This document shows, one piece after another, positions 1 through 13,259 of a stretch of 64,000 nt of DNA. The notes under the pieces were generated by a model, which did not search any database, had not been told where the DNA came from, and worked only from the letters and a program-made list of their open reading frames with translations. The DNA is from Oculina patagonica (lineage: Eukaryota), in NCBI RefSeq assembly GCF_052425735.1, contig NC_135760.1, positions 14,880,001 to 14,944,000 of the forward strand. The letters are read 5' to 3'. Position numbers and translations under genes: made by a program. Positions within the stretch are counted from its first letter, which is position 1; each line of letters opens with the position of its first letter.

Positions 1-1406
1 GACTTCTTAGAAACTGTTTTGCATGTCAAAATGTTCATTGTTTACATCACGTCCACGCTGGATTCAAAATAAATATTTTATAAGTATCTTGACAACATGT
101 TTTTCGTTTGTCACGTAACAAGTCTATTGTAATTTTTTCAAGAAACTTCGGCTTTTACGATCGAAGCAGCACGAATTTAATGCAAAATCTGTAAAATTGC
201 GCTTCTTTCTCGACTTGTGCCCCTGACTCTCCCCTCCCCCGTTCTTTTTCCACCTGTGAAAATGGAAATTGATATTGATTCTGCGGCGAGGAACATCGCA
301 TTAAAACCGGAAGGGATGGATATCGGCCATCTCAAAAAGCAAAACAAAGCACATTGATGGATATTTTTTCTTCTTGTAGGGGGAAAAACCTTTCTTCACC
401 GTTTTAATACAACAACATGAACTATTTTAAAAAAGATAACCCGGGAATAAGACCCTGCAAATTCATCAAAGTTCCCCATATTGGTTGATCTTGTTTTGTT
501 GCCAGTGGCAATAGTTTTGATCTTAAAAACAAGTCTTGTTTTCCCCCGCATTTACGAACGAGTTTTGTGCTTTGGAAAAACAAGGGTAGCAATCCGCTAG
601 AGTATCATCCTCATTAAAATTATTTCGAGTTAATTTCACTGGCAGCTAGCTATACTTAGCGGGAACGAAAGCTTTAAATCTCAAATTTCAACAATTTAAC
701 ATGCAAATTGCGAACCTTTATGCATTTGAACAGGTTGTAAACAATATGCTTGAAAATGTTAGTTGCCAACCACAAAATATCGTATTTTGAACCTTAGCCG
801 ACAAGGGGTAAATTTATGAATGCTACGAAAACGAAATTCAATCGATAAACAAAAACAGTTCGCTGAAACTTGAAAATTTGGTACCCGGTTTGTGTTTACA
901 AAGAAATTATTGCTGTATAATTTTTTCGTGGATCTAAAGAGCATGTAAATTCGATGATGATCGATTACTCTCGTATCGCCATAAAACAATTTTATTATTT
1001 TTCTGTGTTTTATTCTCACTCACCTCAAATTAAACATACTTACAACGATATTTTCATATTTACAAATTTTCAACTATATTAGCGAATTTAACTGTACACG
1101 CAGTGCTTTAAGATCAGACATTATAAGCTTTCCTTAAGGCTTAAAATGTTTTCGATATCTTTTGACGCAATGTGCGTTAGATTTAAGCTAGAAATCTCTG
1201 CTATTTACAAAGAAAACGACGAGTATTTCTTACGAAAGAGTTCTAAATTGTTCCGTTCGTATATCAGAATGTCTGTGTGGTTTGTTCAAGTATAAAAGCT
1301 CTTTTAACATTATGAATAAAACATAATCTCTGTACAAAATCCAATGTCAGTCCATTGGACATATAAAAATTTTTAGTTCACTTTGGTTCGGTCCCTCTCA
1401 TTTTCG

Positions 1407-2175
1407 CTATTCCCATCCATTGTCTTTTATCATGTGTGCCATTTCAATGATGAACTTTCCCTCTTTGTATTTCTGGCTGTTCTCAAAGGCATGTTCCTAA
1501 AAGGCAACGAAAAATAAAGGAGAAAAATTAGACCACTCATTTTAAAAGCGCAGCGAGTGTCATATTTTCAACATGGCGAGAAATTTGCATTTCAGGTTGT
1601 TTTGCTGCGACCCCGCGAAAAACCCACGCAAGGTAACTGACAGGAAATTCGACTAAAAATCTCGTGATGAAGTAGAAACACAGAGAAATGAGGCGAGAAA
1701 CTGAAAATATACTCACGTATTTCCATCCCAACGTTGTTTTACAACACTCGCAATAAATGTCGGCAACTGCGTGTAGTCCTGTCAACAAAACTCGTTCCTC
1801 GGCCGGACCGCAACCAACATTCACCCTGCGAGAAAAACAAATCCCCAAAGACCATGAACAAGTGAAAAATGCCAACTAAACTATAAACTCACAATTGAAT
1901 TATCTGGAGAATATACTTACACTTTATTGAACAAGTACGCCCGGCCTTGGCTACCTTGGAACGACTGAAAATAAAATGAATTGAATCAACATGGCTGTTG
2001 TTGTCACGAACCGCGAAGGGTGATCTCTTCAAACTTGTAAGACAATTAATTTCGATAAAGATACTGCGCTTACCTTTGAAATAAGTTCGTCGTGGTTCGC
2101 CAGATGAGCCCGACAGTGAATGCAGCTATACGTTCTGTGGCAGTGAGGGAGATACGCTTGAAACGTTTTCACCAT
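1407..2175 (-). CDS. YPEL: Yippee-like protein (YPEL1/2/3 subfamily), 4 coding exons, 114 aa
   Basis: Exons 2074-2175, 1921-1964, 1717-1825, 1407-1496, all GT-AG and in phase (345 nt). Protein [114 protein letters not shown] has both yippee CxxC zinc pairs. Confidence 0.97.
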
Positions 2176-2419
2176 AATGACGAAGGAAGCGAAATGCGAT
2201 TTTTTCCCAAAACGTCTATTCAAATGTTTCGAAAACGAAACGCTCCAACGAAGAGAACGCCTTCCAAGATTCGCAAGCGCGAGCACGTCTCAGCTAAAAT
2301 ACTTCACCAGCTGTAGGTCAAATAATTGAGCCCAATCGAAAGCGCAACTTTCACATTTTCCCTTTGCGATGTAAACTTTGTCTGTCGCACTGAATGTTGT
2401 TTTGAAAATTTGTTTTCCT

Positions 2420-2620
2420 ACGCACGTGACAATATAGCTGGGCTTTTGTTCATTTCCACCAATTAGAAGGCTTATTCTGATAACCTGAGACAAAGTAACC
2501 AATCAGAACTCTCAGATAAAAATACATGTCAAAGAGAAAGGAAGGCTCGAGGGCTCGCCAATAACCGGAATTAGTAGAAACTCGGCTGTGTCATTGGAAA
2601 TCCGCGAATCTGATTGGTTC
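2420..2620 (-). promoter_or_regulatory. Probable YPEL promoter with CCAAT boxes and an E-box
   Basis: CACGTGAC at 2423-2430; CCAAT/ATTGG at about 2459, 2499, 2559, 2593 and 2613, upstream of the ATG at 2175 in a CpG-richer stretch. Confidence 0.45.
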
Positions 2621-3840
2621 CTCACTGATCATTCGCCGAAGAAAACAGTGCGCGCTCGCGAGCAGCGGATGAGCCAAAGTGAAATGTAGGTTGGACTGAA
2701 ACCAGAGACTAAAACAAAGACCGCCCTCGCATGAGCGAAGCCCGGGCGCCCGTTGATTTGCTCTAGAAAACTCGGGTGTAGTCTAATTGTTAAATAGAAA
2801 ATCACGGACTCGCGTTGCGTCATGCTTTTTCACTCGCTAGTTTCCGTCAACAACGGATAGGAGACTTTGAAATCATGAATTGTTCTCGGTTTATTTAAAA
2901 ATTTCTTTTATTTTAAACCCGATCGGCGCAGTCAGAGCCCTTCTAGAATTTTTAAATCTAATCTGAAATTTGCAATTTTCGTGACGGAAGGCATGTTCGC
3001 GGGTATGTCAATGAACTCCAGCTGTGAGGGTCAGAGAAATTCAGATTCAGCGCACGAATTTACCAGTCGCGCAATGTTACACTCAGTAATAAGAGTTCTG
3101 AAAGTTACACGGATTTATGCACATTCTAGATCATTTAATAACTATATTGCCAGTTTTCTTACCGATATTGGCTGTGTGAATTATTTAGATTTACTTACTT
3201 ACTTTAATACTGATGCAATCAATAATCACCCAGGATCACTGTAATCAACAACAGTGATGTTGTTAGTTAGACCAGATGGTCTTGTGACTAATATGTGCTG
3301 GAATTGTCGTTTGCGGCAGATTTCTATCTATCTCAAAAAGTATACGAGCCCTCTTTCATGCTCTTTACATAGAGATCGGTGAAGATAACCAAGTGAACTG
3401 GCTCGATTAGTGATTGCATGAAAAGAGCGCGAAAGAATTCCGTGACAATATCACGCCACATTAGTCTTGGTTGAATGGAAGTCGGGACATCCACAATAAT
3501 CAATGGCCCTTTTGTGATCACAAAAGCGTGTTATCGCATGCATGATCGTGCAGCTGGGCCTAATACAGCCCCCTGGAGTACATAACGGTTCCTGGCACCA
3601 TATTCCATTTATCAAGGCATTAACCGCAAGCCCTGGGAGGTAGTAATAGGGAGGGCTTGAACTTTTTTTTCTATGATACAGATTGACTAGTCTTGAGTCC
3701 TTCTAAACCCGCCCCCTTTCATAAGATTTTTCTTAACAATGCATTAATGTTAAAATAAGTAATTAGTGAAGATCTTTTTGAAAGACCTTTTTTATTTCGT
3801 ACGGAAAATACCCTAAGGTTTCAACTAGGTAACCTGCTAG

Positions 3841-3973
3841 TAGCCTGCAGAACAGGCGGTTTATTTTTGCGGGGTTATTGCGAGGTCGCGCAAAGCGCGA
3901 GGCCGACCCGCTAAATAAAAACCTAGCACTTCGCGCTTCGACCCGCAAAATAAACCGCATGTTCTGCAGGCTA
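3841..3973. mobile_element. MITE, TAGCCTG...CAGGCTA family
   Basis: About 33-bp TIRs tagcctgcagaacaggcggtttattt / aaataaaccgcatgttctgcaggcta; degenerate 9-bp TSD acctgctag/ccccgctag. Confidence 0.8.
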
Positions 3974-4299
3974 CCCCGCTAGGTACCAGAGGTTTTTCTT
4001 TTTCTTGCGAGCGCAGAGAGGGGGGGGGGGGGGGGGGGGGGACGAGAGAAACTGGAAGGCGTTCTGTGTGAGACAGACAGTTCTTCGTAACATGCATGTA
4101 ACAAACCATCTGTGTTTTCGGAGGCCGAGGATAAAAGTTGTCTAGATACATGAAATGTTGATAGACAGCCACTCACATGTTTGCCCAACCCCTTTCCACT
4201 CGCCAAGGTCTGGAGAATCTGGGTACAAGTCGGCGCAAACTAAAATTCGCTCAGCAAAAAATTAGGTCATTTTGGAACCTCATTAGTGAATTTTTGAGA

Positions 4300-6382
4300 A
4301 TGTCTTCACTTCCTCTTGTGTGGTGCTTCTCCTACTCATCGCCTCCTAAACCTGCTTATCCCGTGATTACACAACTCTACGCGGAACATTTTATGGGCGA
4401 TTTCATTCTCCTCGACCAAGTGTCAATCACTGATCTGAGCGAAAACCAACGAGAAAACGTGCGAGGAATACTCTGCACCGGAGGATATGCACAATCAAAA
4501 ATCAAGCTGGATAAAGGAATTCTGGACTTGCTGCCTAATGTTAAAGTCATCAGTACTCCGAGCACAGGCGTCAATCACATTGATGTAGAAGCAGCTACTA
4601 CTCGTGGAATCCGTGTGGGTCATTCTCCTGGGCATTTTCCAAGTGACAGCGTCGCAGAATTTGCTTTTGGGCTTCTTTTGGCATCGGCAAGGTCTATTAT
4701 AGCTGCAGACAAAGTGGCAAAGTCATCTGATTTCACGTCTCTTCATTTGTCGGTAAGAAGTAAAGCAGATAGGTCCGCAATGTGTGCATATTTGTGTCAC
4801 CCAAATAAGAGCCATTTTATTTTAGATCATCCAATCTGATGGGGTTAAAGAAAATTGAGTTATTTCTGAGGCATTACGTCTGCACTTTGATCCTTTTTTG
4901 TCAGGGGGAGGGGTATAATACGGAATGACCCTAAAATATTTTTGTTTTCCACTAATTTCTTTTCTTGAGTGAAAGCAAATGAACATGAAATTATCATAAC
5001 CAAATATTATGAAATTCAAATATTGCTAAATAATTACTGATTTATAGAGCCGTTTTCACTTGAGTGTCGAAAGTAATTTGCATTTGCTTTGGTTTTGCAG
5101 TACTATGCTTAGTGACAGGTTTAAAAGTCTCACTGCACTTTCTCAGCGAATCAATACTAAAACCAAAACCAATTGTCTCTCGCTCGAGCGCGTTTTCCTA
5201 CCTGCGCTTTGTGCCGGCTATTTGCTTCATGTTTTGTTTGGTTCCTTGGATTGTCTATGTCGTTTGTGATTGGCCAGAGTAATTACTTTGCTTTTGGTTT
5301 TACGACACTCAAACTGCTCTATGCAGCATGTAACTGACAATTAACTGTTCAGAAGAAGCTAGACAATATTTTTTTATAGATGCTATGTTTTACTTGTAGT
5401 GTGGAGGTGATCTACATGCATGTACTACTCTTGACACTACTGGAGTAGCTAACTAATTTTACAAATCACCCCGGTGACCATGATACTATTCTTTGTATTT
5501 TTTTTTACCAGCATCTTTCTCAGTTAATACCTCCTGGCCAGCAAGTTACTGGTTCTACTATCGGCATTGTTGGTTTGGGGAACATTGGAAGAGCTTTGGC
5601 TGAACGTGCCAAAGGCTTTAAAATGAACATCTTGTATCACAGTCGGACTCGAAAGGAAGAGTTGGAAAAATATTTAGGTAAATATATATTGCTTGTTACA
5701 TAATTCTTATTTTAATTATCCAACTCCACTCATCGTCATCATCATTATCATCATTACCTTTGTCATCGTTATTTTCAGGTCCATTATAGCCACACAGTGT
5801 AGATAAAACATCATAAGTCTCGCCCAAGGGCTGACGGGAACTGAGAGCATATCAAACAGAATAAAATACCCAGTCCCCTTTGCCCCTTGGGAATGTCACA
5901 CAATATCATTTGGCTTTGAAATTTAAACCATATCCAGAAATATTTTTGGATTTTTTTTCCTTTCTTTTCTATTTTTTTCAGGTCTTAAATTCTGTTCAGA
6001 ATTGAAGGAGCTCTTGGAAGGGTCAGACTTTGTTGTCTTGTGTGTGCCATTCACTGCAGAAACCAAGAATTTAATTTCATCCAAAGAACTTAGTTATATG
6101 AAGTCCACGGCAATTCTGATTAATGTAGGCCGTGGGGGAACTGTCAATCATGATGATTTAACTGCGGCATTACAGAACGGCATCATCAAAGCAGCTGCAC
6201 TGGATGTGACAGAACCAGTATCACTTCCCAGAGATCACCCACTGTTAAACATGTCGAATGTGATTATTACTCCACATATTGCGACGTACACAGCAAGCAC
6301 TCAAATGAAACTGCATTTCACATCGCTTCAGCATTTAAAGGCTGGAATCAGTGGTGAAGAATTACTCTACCCAGTGAACTGA
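4300..6382 (+). CDS. D-isomer-specific 2-hydroxyacid dehydrogenase, glyoxylate/hydroxypyruvate reductase-like, copy A (339 aa)
   Basis: Exons 4300-4752, 5512-5677, 5982-6382 (1020 nt, in phase). Rossmann GIVGLGNIG; catalytic R (NVGRG), E (DVTEP) and H (TPHIA); YHSR loop suggests NADP(H) preference. Confidence 0.93.
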
Positions 6383-6718
6383 GCCAGTCTACTGATAGAA
6401 CCAGAAGGTCAATATAGTTAACAAGTTGATAGAATTTCCTCATCCCCTGTTGCATGCAAAAAGTAGTGTCTTTTGGATGACAATAAAATACGGTATCTTG
6501 TATAATTCTCTCTAGAGACCATTTTTTTAAAAAAATAATAATAAATTTAAATGATTTTGTGGGCTCAGGCTACTGGCTGACCTGTTTGGTGTAGAAATAT
6601 TTTCCAACTGACAAGAAAATAATATTGCATCAGCATGCAGAAATCATGAGACAAGTGCACATAAGCATTCATGTGCACATGTATGCATTTATTTTGGGTA
6701 AAGTCCATTGTTCTGAAA

Positions 6719-6949
6719 CAGGGCTGGAGACTAACGGTAGCCAACTAGCCAAAGGCTAATAAAATTTAGGTTTTGGCTACCAGGTTTAGCATTCCTACTA
6801 GCCATTTGGCTAGTGAAAAACTCGAAAAAGTCAACTGTTCTTGATAGAAATCAATATACCTGACTAGTGAAAAATTACTTTTGGCTAGTAAAATCTGACA
6901 TGTCACTAGCCAGTAAACCAGTGAGTTAAAAAGTTTGTCTCAAGCCCTG
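6719..6949. mobile_element. MITE with CAGGG termini and 5-bp TSD (hAT5-like)
   Basis: TIR cagggctggagac / gtctcaagccctg; tgaaa duplicated on both sides. Confidence 0.65.
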
Positions 6950-8467
6950 TGAAAGCAAATCAAAGTGGCTGTAAGCCACTGAACTCGGAAAATGAATTCA
7001 TAACAAAACATGCTTCGAACCCATAAGTTCAATCCCCTGTCTGTCAAATTATCTGCATGGTACTTTTATCACTTTCTTATACTATCAGTTACACCAAGTT
7101 AAAATTTAACTTGCAAAATTAATTTTCTATCTGAAAATAAGCCCACCCCCTCCCCTTGTAGGCTGCCAGTGCCTTTATTAGGAGATGAGGGAGAGTTGGG
7201 GGGGGGGGGGTATGGTAAGTGCCTGGAAATGATCACAACGACAATGCAATATGACTTTTGTAAATATTCCTACTCCCCTCATGAGACAAATTTTCTTGCC
7301 AAACAGTTGTTCTCAAGGCCCATTCAGCTCCAGGAATAACATATTTTCTGATCATGACGACTCAAGCAGTCCATAAAGATTTGTGTGCACAACAATATCA
7401 CTCGCAATATCTTCATAATGGATAATTATGCAAATGAAGTGATGGTTAAAAAAGGAAAGTTTATTATTTTCTTGCTGAAGGGCATGGGTCCATGTGGGAA
7501 ACAAATATCAAGGACAGATCCAGGAAAGGGGGGGGGGTAGATTGGGTGGCTAGCCATCCCCTAGATCCACCAAAAAAAATTTCAAATAAACACATACAAT
7601 ACAAAATAAGGATGATGACACTGGGTAAGGTGTAAAAATTGTTGATAACTCCCCCTCCCCGATCTATAAAAAATCCTGGGACTAAAACAAAATAATAAAC
7701 AAAACATTCAGTAACAGCCACCCCCCCCCCTGAAAAATCCGGGATTCCCCCCTCCAAACAATACAAATATATTACAAAGACTTTTAGATTTAGCATGTTG
7801 GTTTGCAGATGACCAACAGCAAAAAAGGTAAGAAAATGTCAAGAAAATAATTCAGAAAAGCATTAAGATTAAATACAAAATATAAAATCTATTGAAATTA
7901 ATGGCAAGAGTTTTCTTTTATAAAAATATATATATATATTGTTTCAAAAAATCATTCCTACCTAAAATATTTCAAAGTAATAAGGCTAACTACCATAAAG
8001 TTATGGTTATAAGCCCTGGGCTTATACAACTTCGTAACTAACTGGAGTACTATTTAGTATAGGCTAACAGGAGTACCATTTCGGCTAACCCGGGAATGGA
8101 TCACACGCCTCGCTGCCACGCACTTTGTGATGACCCCATTACAGAGTCACAGGATCCCATTGTTGCAAATCTTGAAAGAAATTACACTGTGGAATGTCTA
8201 TTTTTTCCTCTTGTTTTAATACTCTCAGATGAGGTGTCTCTTATCAATCCCACCCATTGCTACCACTGCTCATCCCAGATCCTTTTTGGGAGCTGTGTTT
8301 CACCCAAATAAATTATGGACTGCTTTGCAGTTAAAAAAGAAGTACAGTCAACTTTCTCTAATGCAGACACTGTTGGGCCTGTCATCAAATTACTGTCTTT
8401 CTTATAGAGAAAGTACATGAAAAAAAAGTAAAGTGGCTGAAAACACAGTGCCCATGCAGGGACCAAC

Positions 8468-8712
8468 GGTATCCAGACAACTCGCCCCCTAGAAAATTCG
8501 CCCCAGATAACTCGCCCCAAATCTTAAGACGATATTATTTGTCCCCGACTTGTGTTTTGGTAAAAGAGAGTGAACCTGAATATTTCTCGTTCTTAAAGCG
8601 TGTGCAAAGAGAGACAACTTTGGCAAACTGTTCGTTAGCAAAATGACTCGTGGGCAAAATTGGGGCGAGTTGTCTGGGGCTAGTTGTCTGGGGGGCAAGT
8701 TGTCTGACATTC
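8468..8712. mobile_element. Non-autonomous element with subterminal repeats and 8-bp TSD
   Basis: cagacaactcgcccc repeats at left, ggggcgagttgtctg repeats at right; TSD ggaccaac/ggacccac. Confidence 0.65.
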
Positions 8713-8828
8713 GGACCCACACAGGCTGTGGGGACGAGATAGGTGTTCACCCTACAAAAGTGTCCGTTATGAAATTTTAAGAGTTGACTGCAGTCAGTAG
8801 CAATATAGTTTATTCTAGAATTGAAATA

Positions 8829-10224
8829 CTATACCTGCCAACTTTTTCTGGGTCAAAGGCGTGGGATTTTTATACTGAGATATGCCAGGATTTCTGAAGA
8901 CAACACGACCATGTCCGAAGATTTCTGAAGATGTCCGAAGTATTCCGAAGACGTTCCAAACATATCCCGGTTCCAGTCCCAGGAAATACAGTATTTTGCT
9001 AAACAGGACCTCATTCTTAATACATTTCTTGTCAAAACTCTGAGATTTAAGGAAAAGTATATATTTTTTGGAATGTTTCTCAGTTATCAGGCCCAGCCAG
9101 GGGGGTAGTGGGATACCAATATACCCAATTTTTTTCCCCTGGGATACCAAAATACCTGAAAACTGCAAAAAACGTTGATACCAAATACCTAAAATTATTA
9201 AATCTGATAACAAAGGCTGGTGTAACTAGGGGACGGACAATGATTTGTTTGGAGGGGAGGGATCCATTTTTTTTTTAAGACAAACAATTTTTTATGTGTT
9301 GTTGTCTAGTCTGTGTAAACAGTTCTTTTGGGCTGTGACTTCCGGCAGACAATTTTTTTTTTTGTCCAGATAGTGGCCTTGTTTGTTTATTTATGTTTAG
9401 AATTTAAAACAAAACAGTTCCTTTTCCTCTTTTTTTGTCTGCTACGTGTTTCATGTGACCAGCACTCACCTCTTACACAAACAAGTAATTCCGGTTTTTC
9501 AATGACATTTTTACAATTGGGAATAAGTTGATGTGACTACAGAAGGGGCCGTAAGGCCCCTTTCAGCCTAGGGGGGTCTGGGGGCATTCTCCCCCAGAGA
9601 ATTTTGAAATATAGAAGATCGGAAATGCAATTTCCAGCGTTCTGGGCATCAAAAAGAGTGCTGTTGATCATATATCATGATGTATAAATGGCTGACTATC
9701 TATTGTCATCAAACTATCAATTTTCTCCTTCTCATGTCTGCAACAATTTACTTGAGCCTTTTTGCTCTTGCAAACAACTTTTTTCAGGATTTTTGTTCCC
9801 TTCCCCATCTCCAAAAAAATTAATGGTCCTTCCCTAATTAACAGATTTGACAAAGTCAAAACCACCATTCATGACCACCCGCAGCATGCACTCGCATGCG
9901 AATTTAGTGACGCAATAACTGAAGATCTTTCATGATTTTTTTAAAAGTTACACAAGCACTGAGGATAAGACACTTAAAAAAATAATTAAAAAAGCATTAC
10001 GCTTAGGAAAACAAAATACTTAATACCCGTATTTCAGTAAAAAGATACCGAATACCTTGGTTAAAAACACCCAAGATACCGTATACCCAAAACCCCTGGC
10101 CAGGCCTGAGTTATGGTTGGAATAGCTCACATTTTTCAACTAGGCGTGAGAAATTGGTTCGAAAGCGTGAGTTGGTGTGAGATCGAAGTTTTCAACTCGC
10201 AGGCGTGAGAGTTGGCAGGTATAG
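8829..10224. mobile_element. Triple-nested MITE block
   Basis: Outer TIR ctatacctgccaact/agttggcaggtatag. Middle element 9088-10108 (caggcc...ggcctg) has an exact 6-bp TSD agttat. Inner element 9227-9836 (taggggacggacaat/aatggtccttcccta). Confidence 0.75.
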
Positions 10225-10245
10225 AATACAACTGTCTATGACTAC

Positions 10246-12296
10246 TTAGTTCACTGGGTAAAGAAGTTCTTCTCCTTTGATTCCAGCCTTTAAATTATCA
10301 AGTGCAGCTGAATACATTTTCTCAAACGCTGTGTCTGCTGCAATATGTGGAGTGAGAATCACATTTGACATGTTTAGCAGTGGGTGATCTCTGAGAAGTG
10401 TTTCTGGTTCTGTCACATCCAGTGCAGCTGCTTGGATGATGCCGTTCTGTAATGCCGCAGTTAGATCATCATGATTGACAGTTCCCCCACGGCCTACATT
10501 AATCAGAATTGATGTGGACTTCATATAACTAAGTTCCTTGGATGAAATGAAATTCTTGGTTTCTGCAGTGAATGGCACACACAAGACAACAAAGTCTGAT
10601 TCTTCCAAGAGCTCCTTCAATTCTGAACAGAATTTAATACCTAAAAAAAAGGAAAAGAAAGGAAACAAAAATCCACAATGGCTTTAAATTTCAAAGCCAA
10701 ATGATATTGTGTGACATTCCTAAGGAGCAAAGGGGACTGAGTATTTTTTCTGTTTGATATGCTTCCCAGTCCCCCTAGGCCCTTGGGCAAGACTTATGAT
10801 ATTCTTTGCACTAGTTTCATACATTCTAACCTTCTGAGTAGCTATAATGGACCTGAAAATAAGGACTACAATGGTGATGATGATGATGATGACGATGATG
10901 ATAATGATGATGATGAGTGGAGTTGGATAATTAAAATAAGATAACAAGCACTATATATTTACCAAAATATTTTTCCAACTCCTCCTTTCGAGTCCGACTG
11001 TGATACAAGATGTTCATTTTAAAGCCTTTTGCACGTTCAGCCAAAGCTCTTCCAATGTTCCCAAAACCAACAATGCCGATAGTAGAACCAGTAACTTGCT
11101 GGCCAGGAGGAATTAACTGAGTAAGATGCTAATCAAATGGAAATTACAAAGAATAACAATCATTAGAGCGAGTGATTATCAATTTTTATTAAGATATTTT
11201 GAATAATCCATTAGGAATCAACATTAACAACTCAGTCAAGCCTTGGTCATCTAGACTTTGATTTTTGCCTGTGAGCATGCAGGCTATCTCATTTTTGAGA
11301 TAAAAATGAGGAAATGAAAAAGGAAGGAAATAAAAAAACAAACAAAAAGAAATCATGATAGAAACATGGAAAAGATATTTTGCACCGTGGAATATCCCCA
11401 AAAATGTCATAGACTATGTAATTCCCAGATAAGTTGTCCTTAAAGAGCCATGCAGGATTGAGCAAACTTGCTTTTCTTTCATAGAGGGGCCTGAGTAGCC
11501 TGAATTTCAGATGAGCAGGCGACTAGAGAGAAATTTCAGGCTAGAGCCTGATAGGGGGAAAATGGGAACTGAGATTTTAGCAAATTTTCACTGGGAAAAT
11601 GCATGGGATTTGGTTCACTGGGAATCACAAACAAATTAACAATAGAACTGGGGCTGGGATTTGGAAAATTTGGAAAACAATAGTCTGGGAATTGGGATTT
11701 GAGCAAAATTTGTGCTGGGAAATGGGATTTTATACCCCTACCCCCCACCCCCTTTCAGGGCCCTCTTCATATAAAACCTGAAATGCCTTATTTTCCCGGT
11801 TCGAATTCCATCCAACTTTCTTACCCGACACAAAAAATCCCATTCAAAATAAAAAGGCTATAACCCTTACTTCACGAGACATCTTGTTTGAACGTACAAT
11901 AGACCTTGCAGATGCCAAAAGAAGCCCAAAAGCAAACTCTGCGACGCTGTCACTTGGAAAATGCCCAGGAGAATGACCCACACGGATTCCACGGGCAGTA
12001 GCTGCTTCTACATCAATGTGATTCACGGCTGTGCTTGAAGTACTGATCACTTTTAAGTTAGGCAGCAAGTCCATTGTTTCTTTTCCTAGTACGTCTATGT
12101 GAGATTTCGTTCCTCCGGTAACCAGTATACCTAGCACATTTTCTCGTTCGTTCTCACTCAGATCCGTCACTAATACTTGGTCGACAAGAGTGAAATTTTC
12201 TGCATAGTGTCTAGAGAAGAGATCCTTGACCATTGCAGGCGCAGGATTTGGAGGCGATGAGAAAGAAAAGCGCAGCACAAGAGGACTTGAAGCCAT
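10246..12296 (-). CDS. D-isomer-specific 2-hydroxyacid dehydrogenase, glyoxylate/hydroxypyruvate reductase-like, copy B (328 aa)
   Basis: Exons 11871-12296, 10963-11128, 10246-10640 (987 nt, in phase). Same intron phases as copy A; [19 protein letters not shown] and TPHIA intact. Confidence 0.92.
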
Positions 12297-12490
12297 GAGA
12301 TAACGCCAGCCCCACACCTGGAGGTCCTATATAGCGAAGCGCGGTCATGTTGAAGTTTTTCAAACGCGGAAGTCTGGAGCCGAGAAAACCTTCGGAAATC
12401 TTCGGTGAGCGATCGGAAGTTCCGAAGATTTCTGCCAAAAATAGACGCCCAATGGGGGATGTAAATTGGGGATTTGGTCTCACTTTGAGT

Positions 12491-12644
12491 TAGCCTGCGA
12501 GCAGGCTCACCTTGGGGCACCCACGAGAGCTATACGGTCTATACGGTACGGGAGCGGCGAAGCCTTGTCGTTACGCTCGCCACTCGCGCATGCCCCAAGG
12601 TATAATATTCGCGCGTGCCCCAAGGTGAGCCTGCTCGCAGGCTA
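12491..12644. mobile_element. MITE, TAGCCTG family, perfect 9-bp TSD
   Basis: 30-bp perfect TIR tagcctgcgagcaggctcaccttggggcac; TSD actttgagt at 12482-12490 and 12645-12653. Confidence 0.9.
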
Positions 12645-13066
12645 ACTTTGAGTGTTCAGGACTGAACGCCAATTCTTTTGGCCGTCAAGGTCTCCTGATT
12701 GAAGAGAAGAAATGAAAAACGCAAAAAAAAAAAAAAAACCGTAAGCCTCGCCCATACCGATCCCCCTTTTACTCCTCCCTCCAGGTATAGATAGGATACA
12801 AGAGGCCACGAAATTGTTTATCAAAATGCGTTTAGCAAACTGAGAAAACTTCATTTTTAATAAGTGAAAAGCTTTCTCACATATGCCCGATATTCTATTA
12901 ATGTTCTCCTCCATTTTGTGGAATCTAAAAGACAACATTCTTATGCTACAATGGATGGGCTTGTTTGCAAGGTTTAAAACACAGCAAACCTCTTCCTGCA
13001 CTCAGCTGTACTTGGGCCTGTAGACGAGTTTGCTGCTTGTGTTACCAAATTGTGTTACTAACGAAT

Positions 13067-13259
13067 TAGACTGCAAAACAGTCGTATCTTTTGTGAACTC
13101 GCTTGGTCTTCGAATGAGAGCAGGAGGTCTGAAGCCAATGCCAGAACTGTTAGTGAGACAGGGCGGGCGTGCGAGGCTCGCGAGACGATCGGCGCTTCGC
13201 GCCTTCGATAAGCGCTTTTTCCAACGACTTTAGAGAAGAAACGACTGTTTTGCAGTCTA
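13067..13259. mobile_element. MITE, TAGACTG family
   Basis: TIR tagactgcaaaacagtcgt / acgactgttttgcagtcta; TSD ctaacgaat/caaatgaat. Confidence 0.8.

Noticed and set aside
10720-10947. Poly-Ile and poly-Asp ORFs
   Set aside because: (CAT/GAT)n microsatellite within intron 2 of dehydrogenase copy B.
4300-12296. Horizontal transfer of bacterial-like dehydrogenases
   Set aside because: Both copies have spliceosomal introns and host-like composition; nothing here supports recent HGT without a phylogeny.
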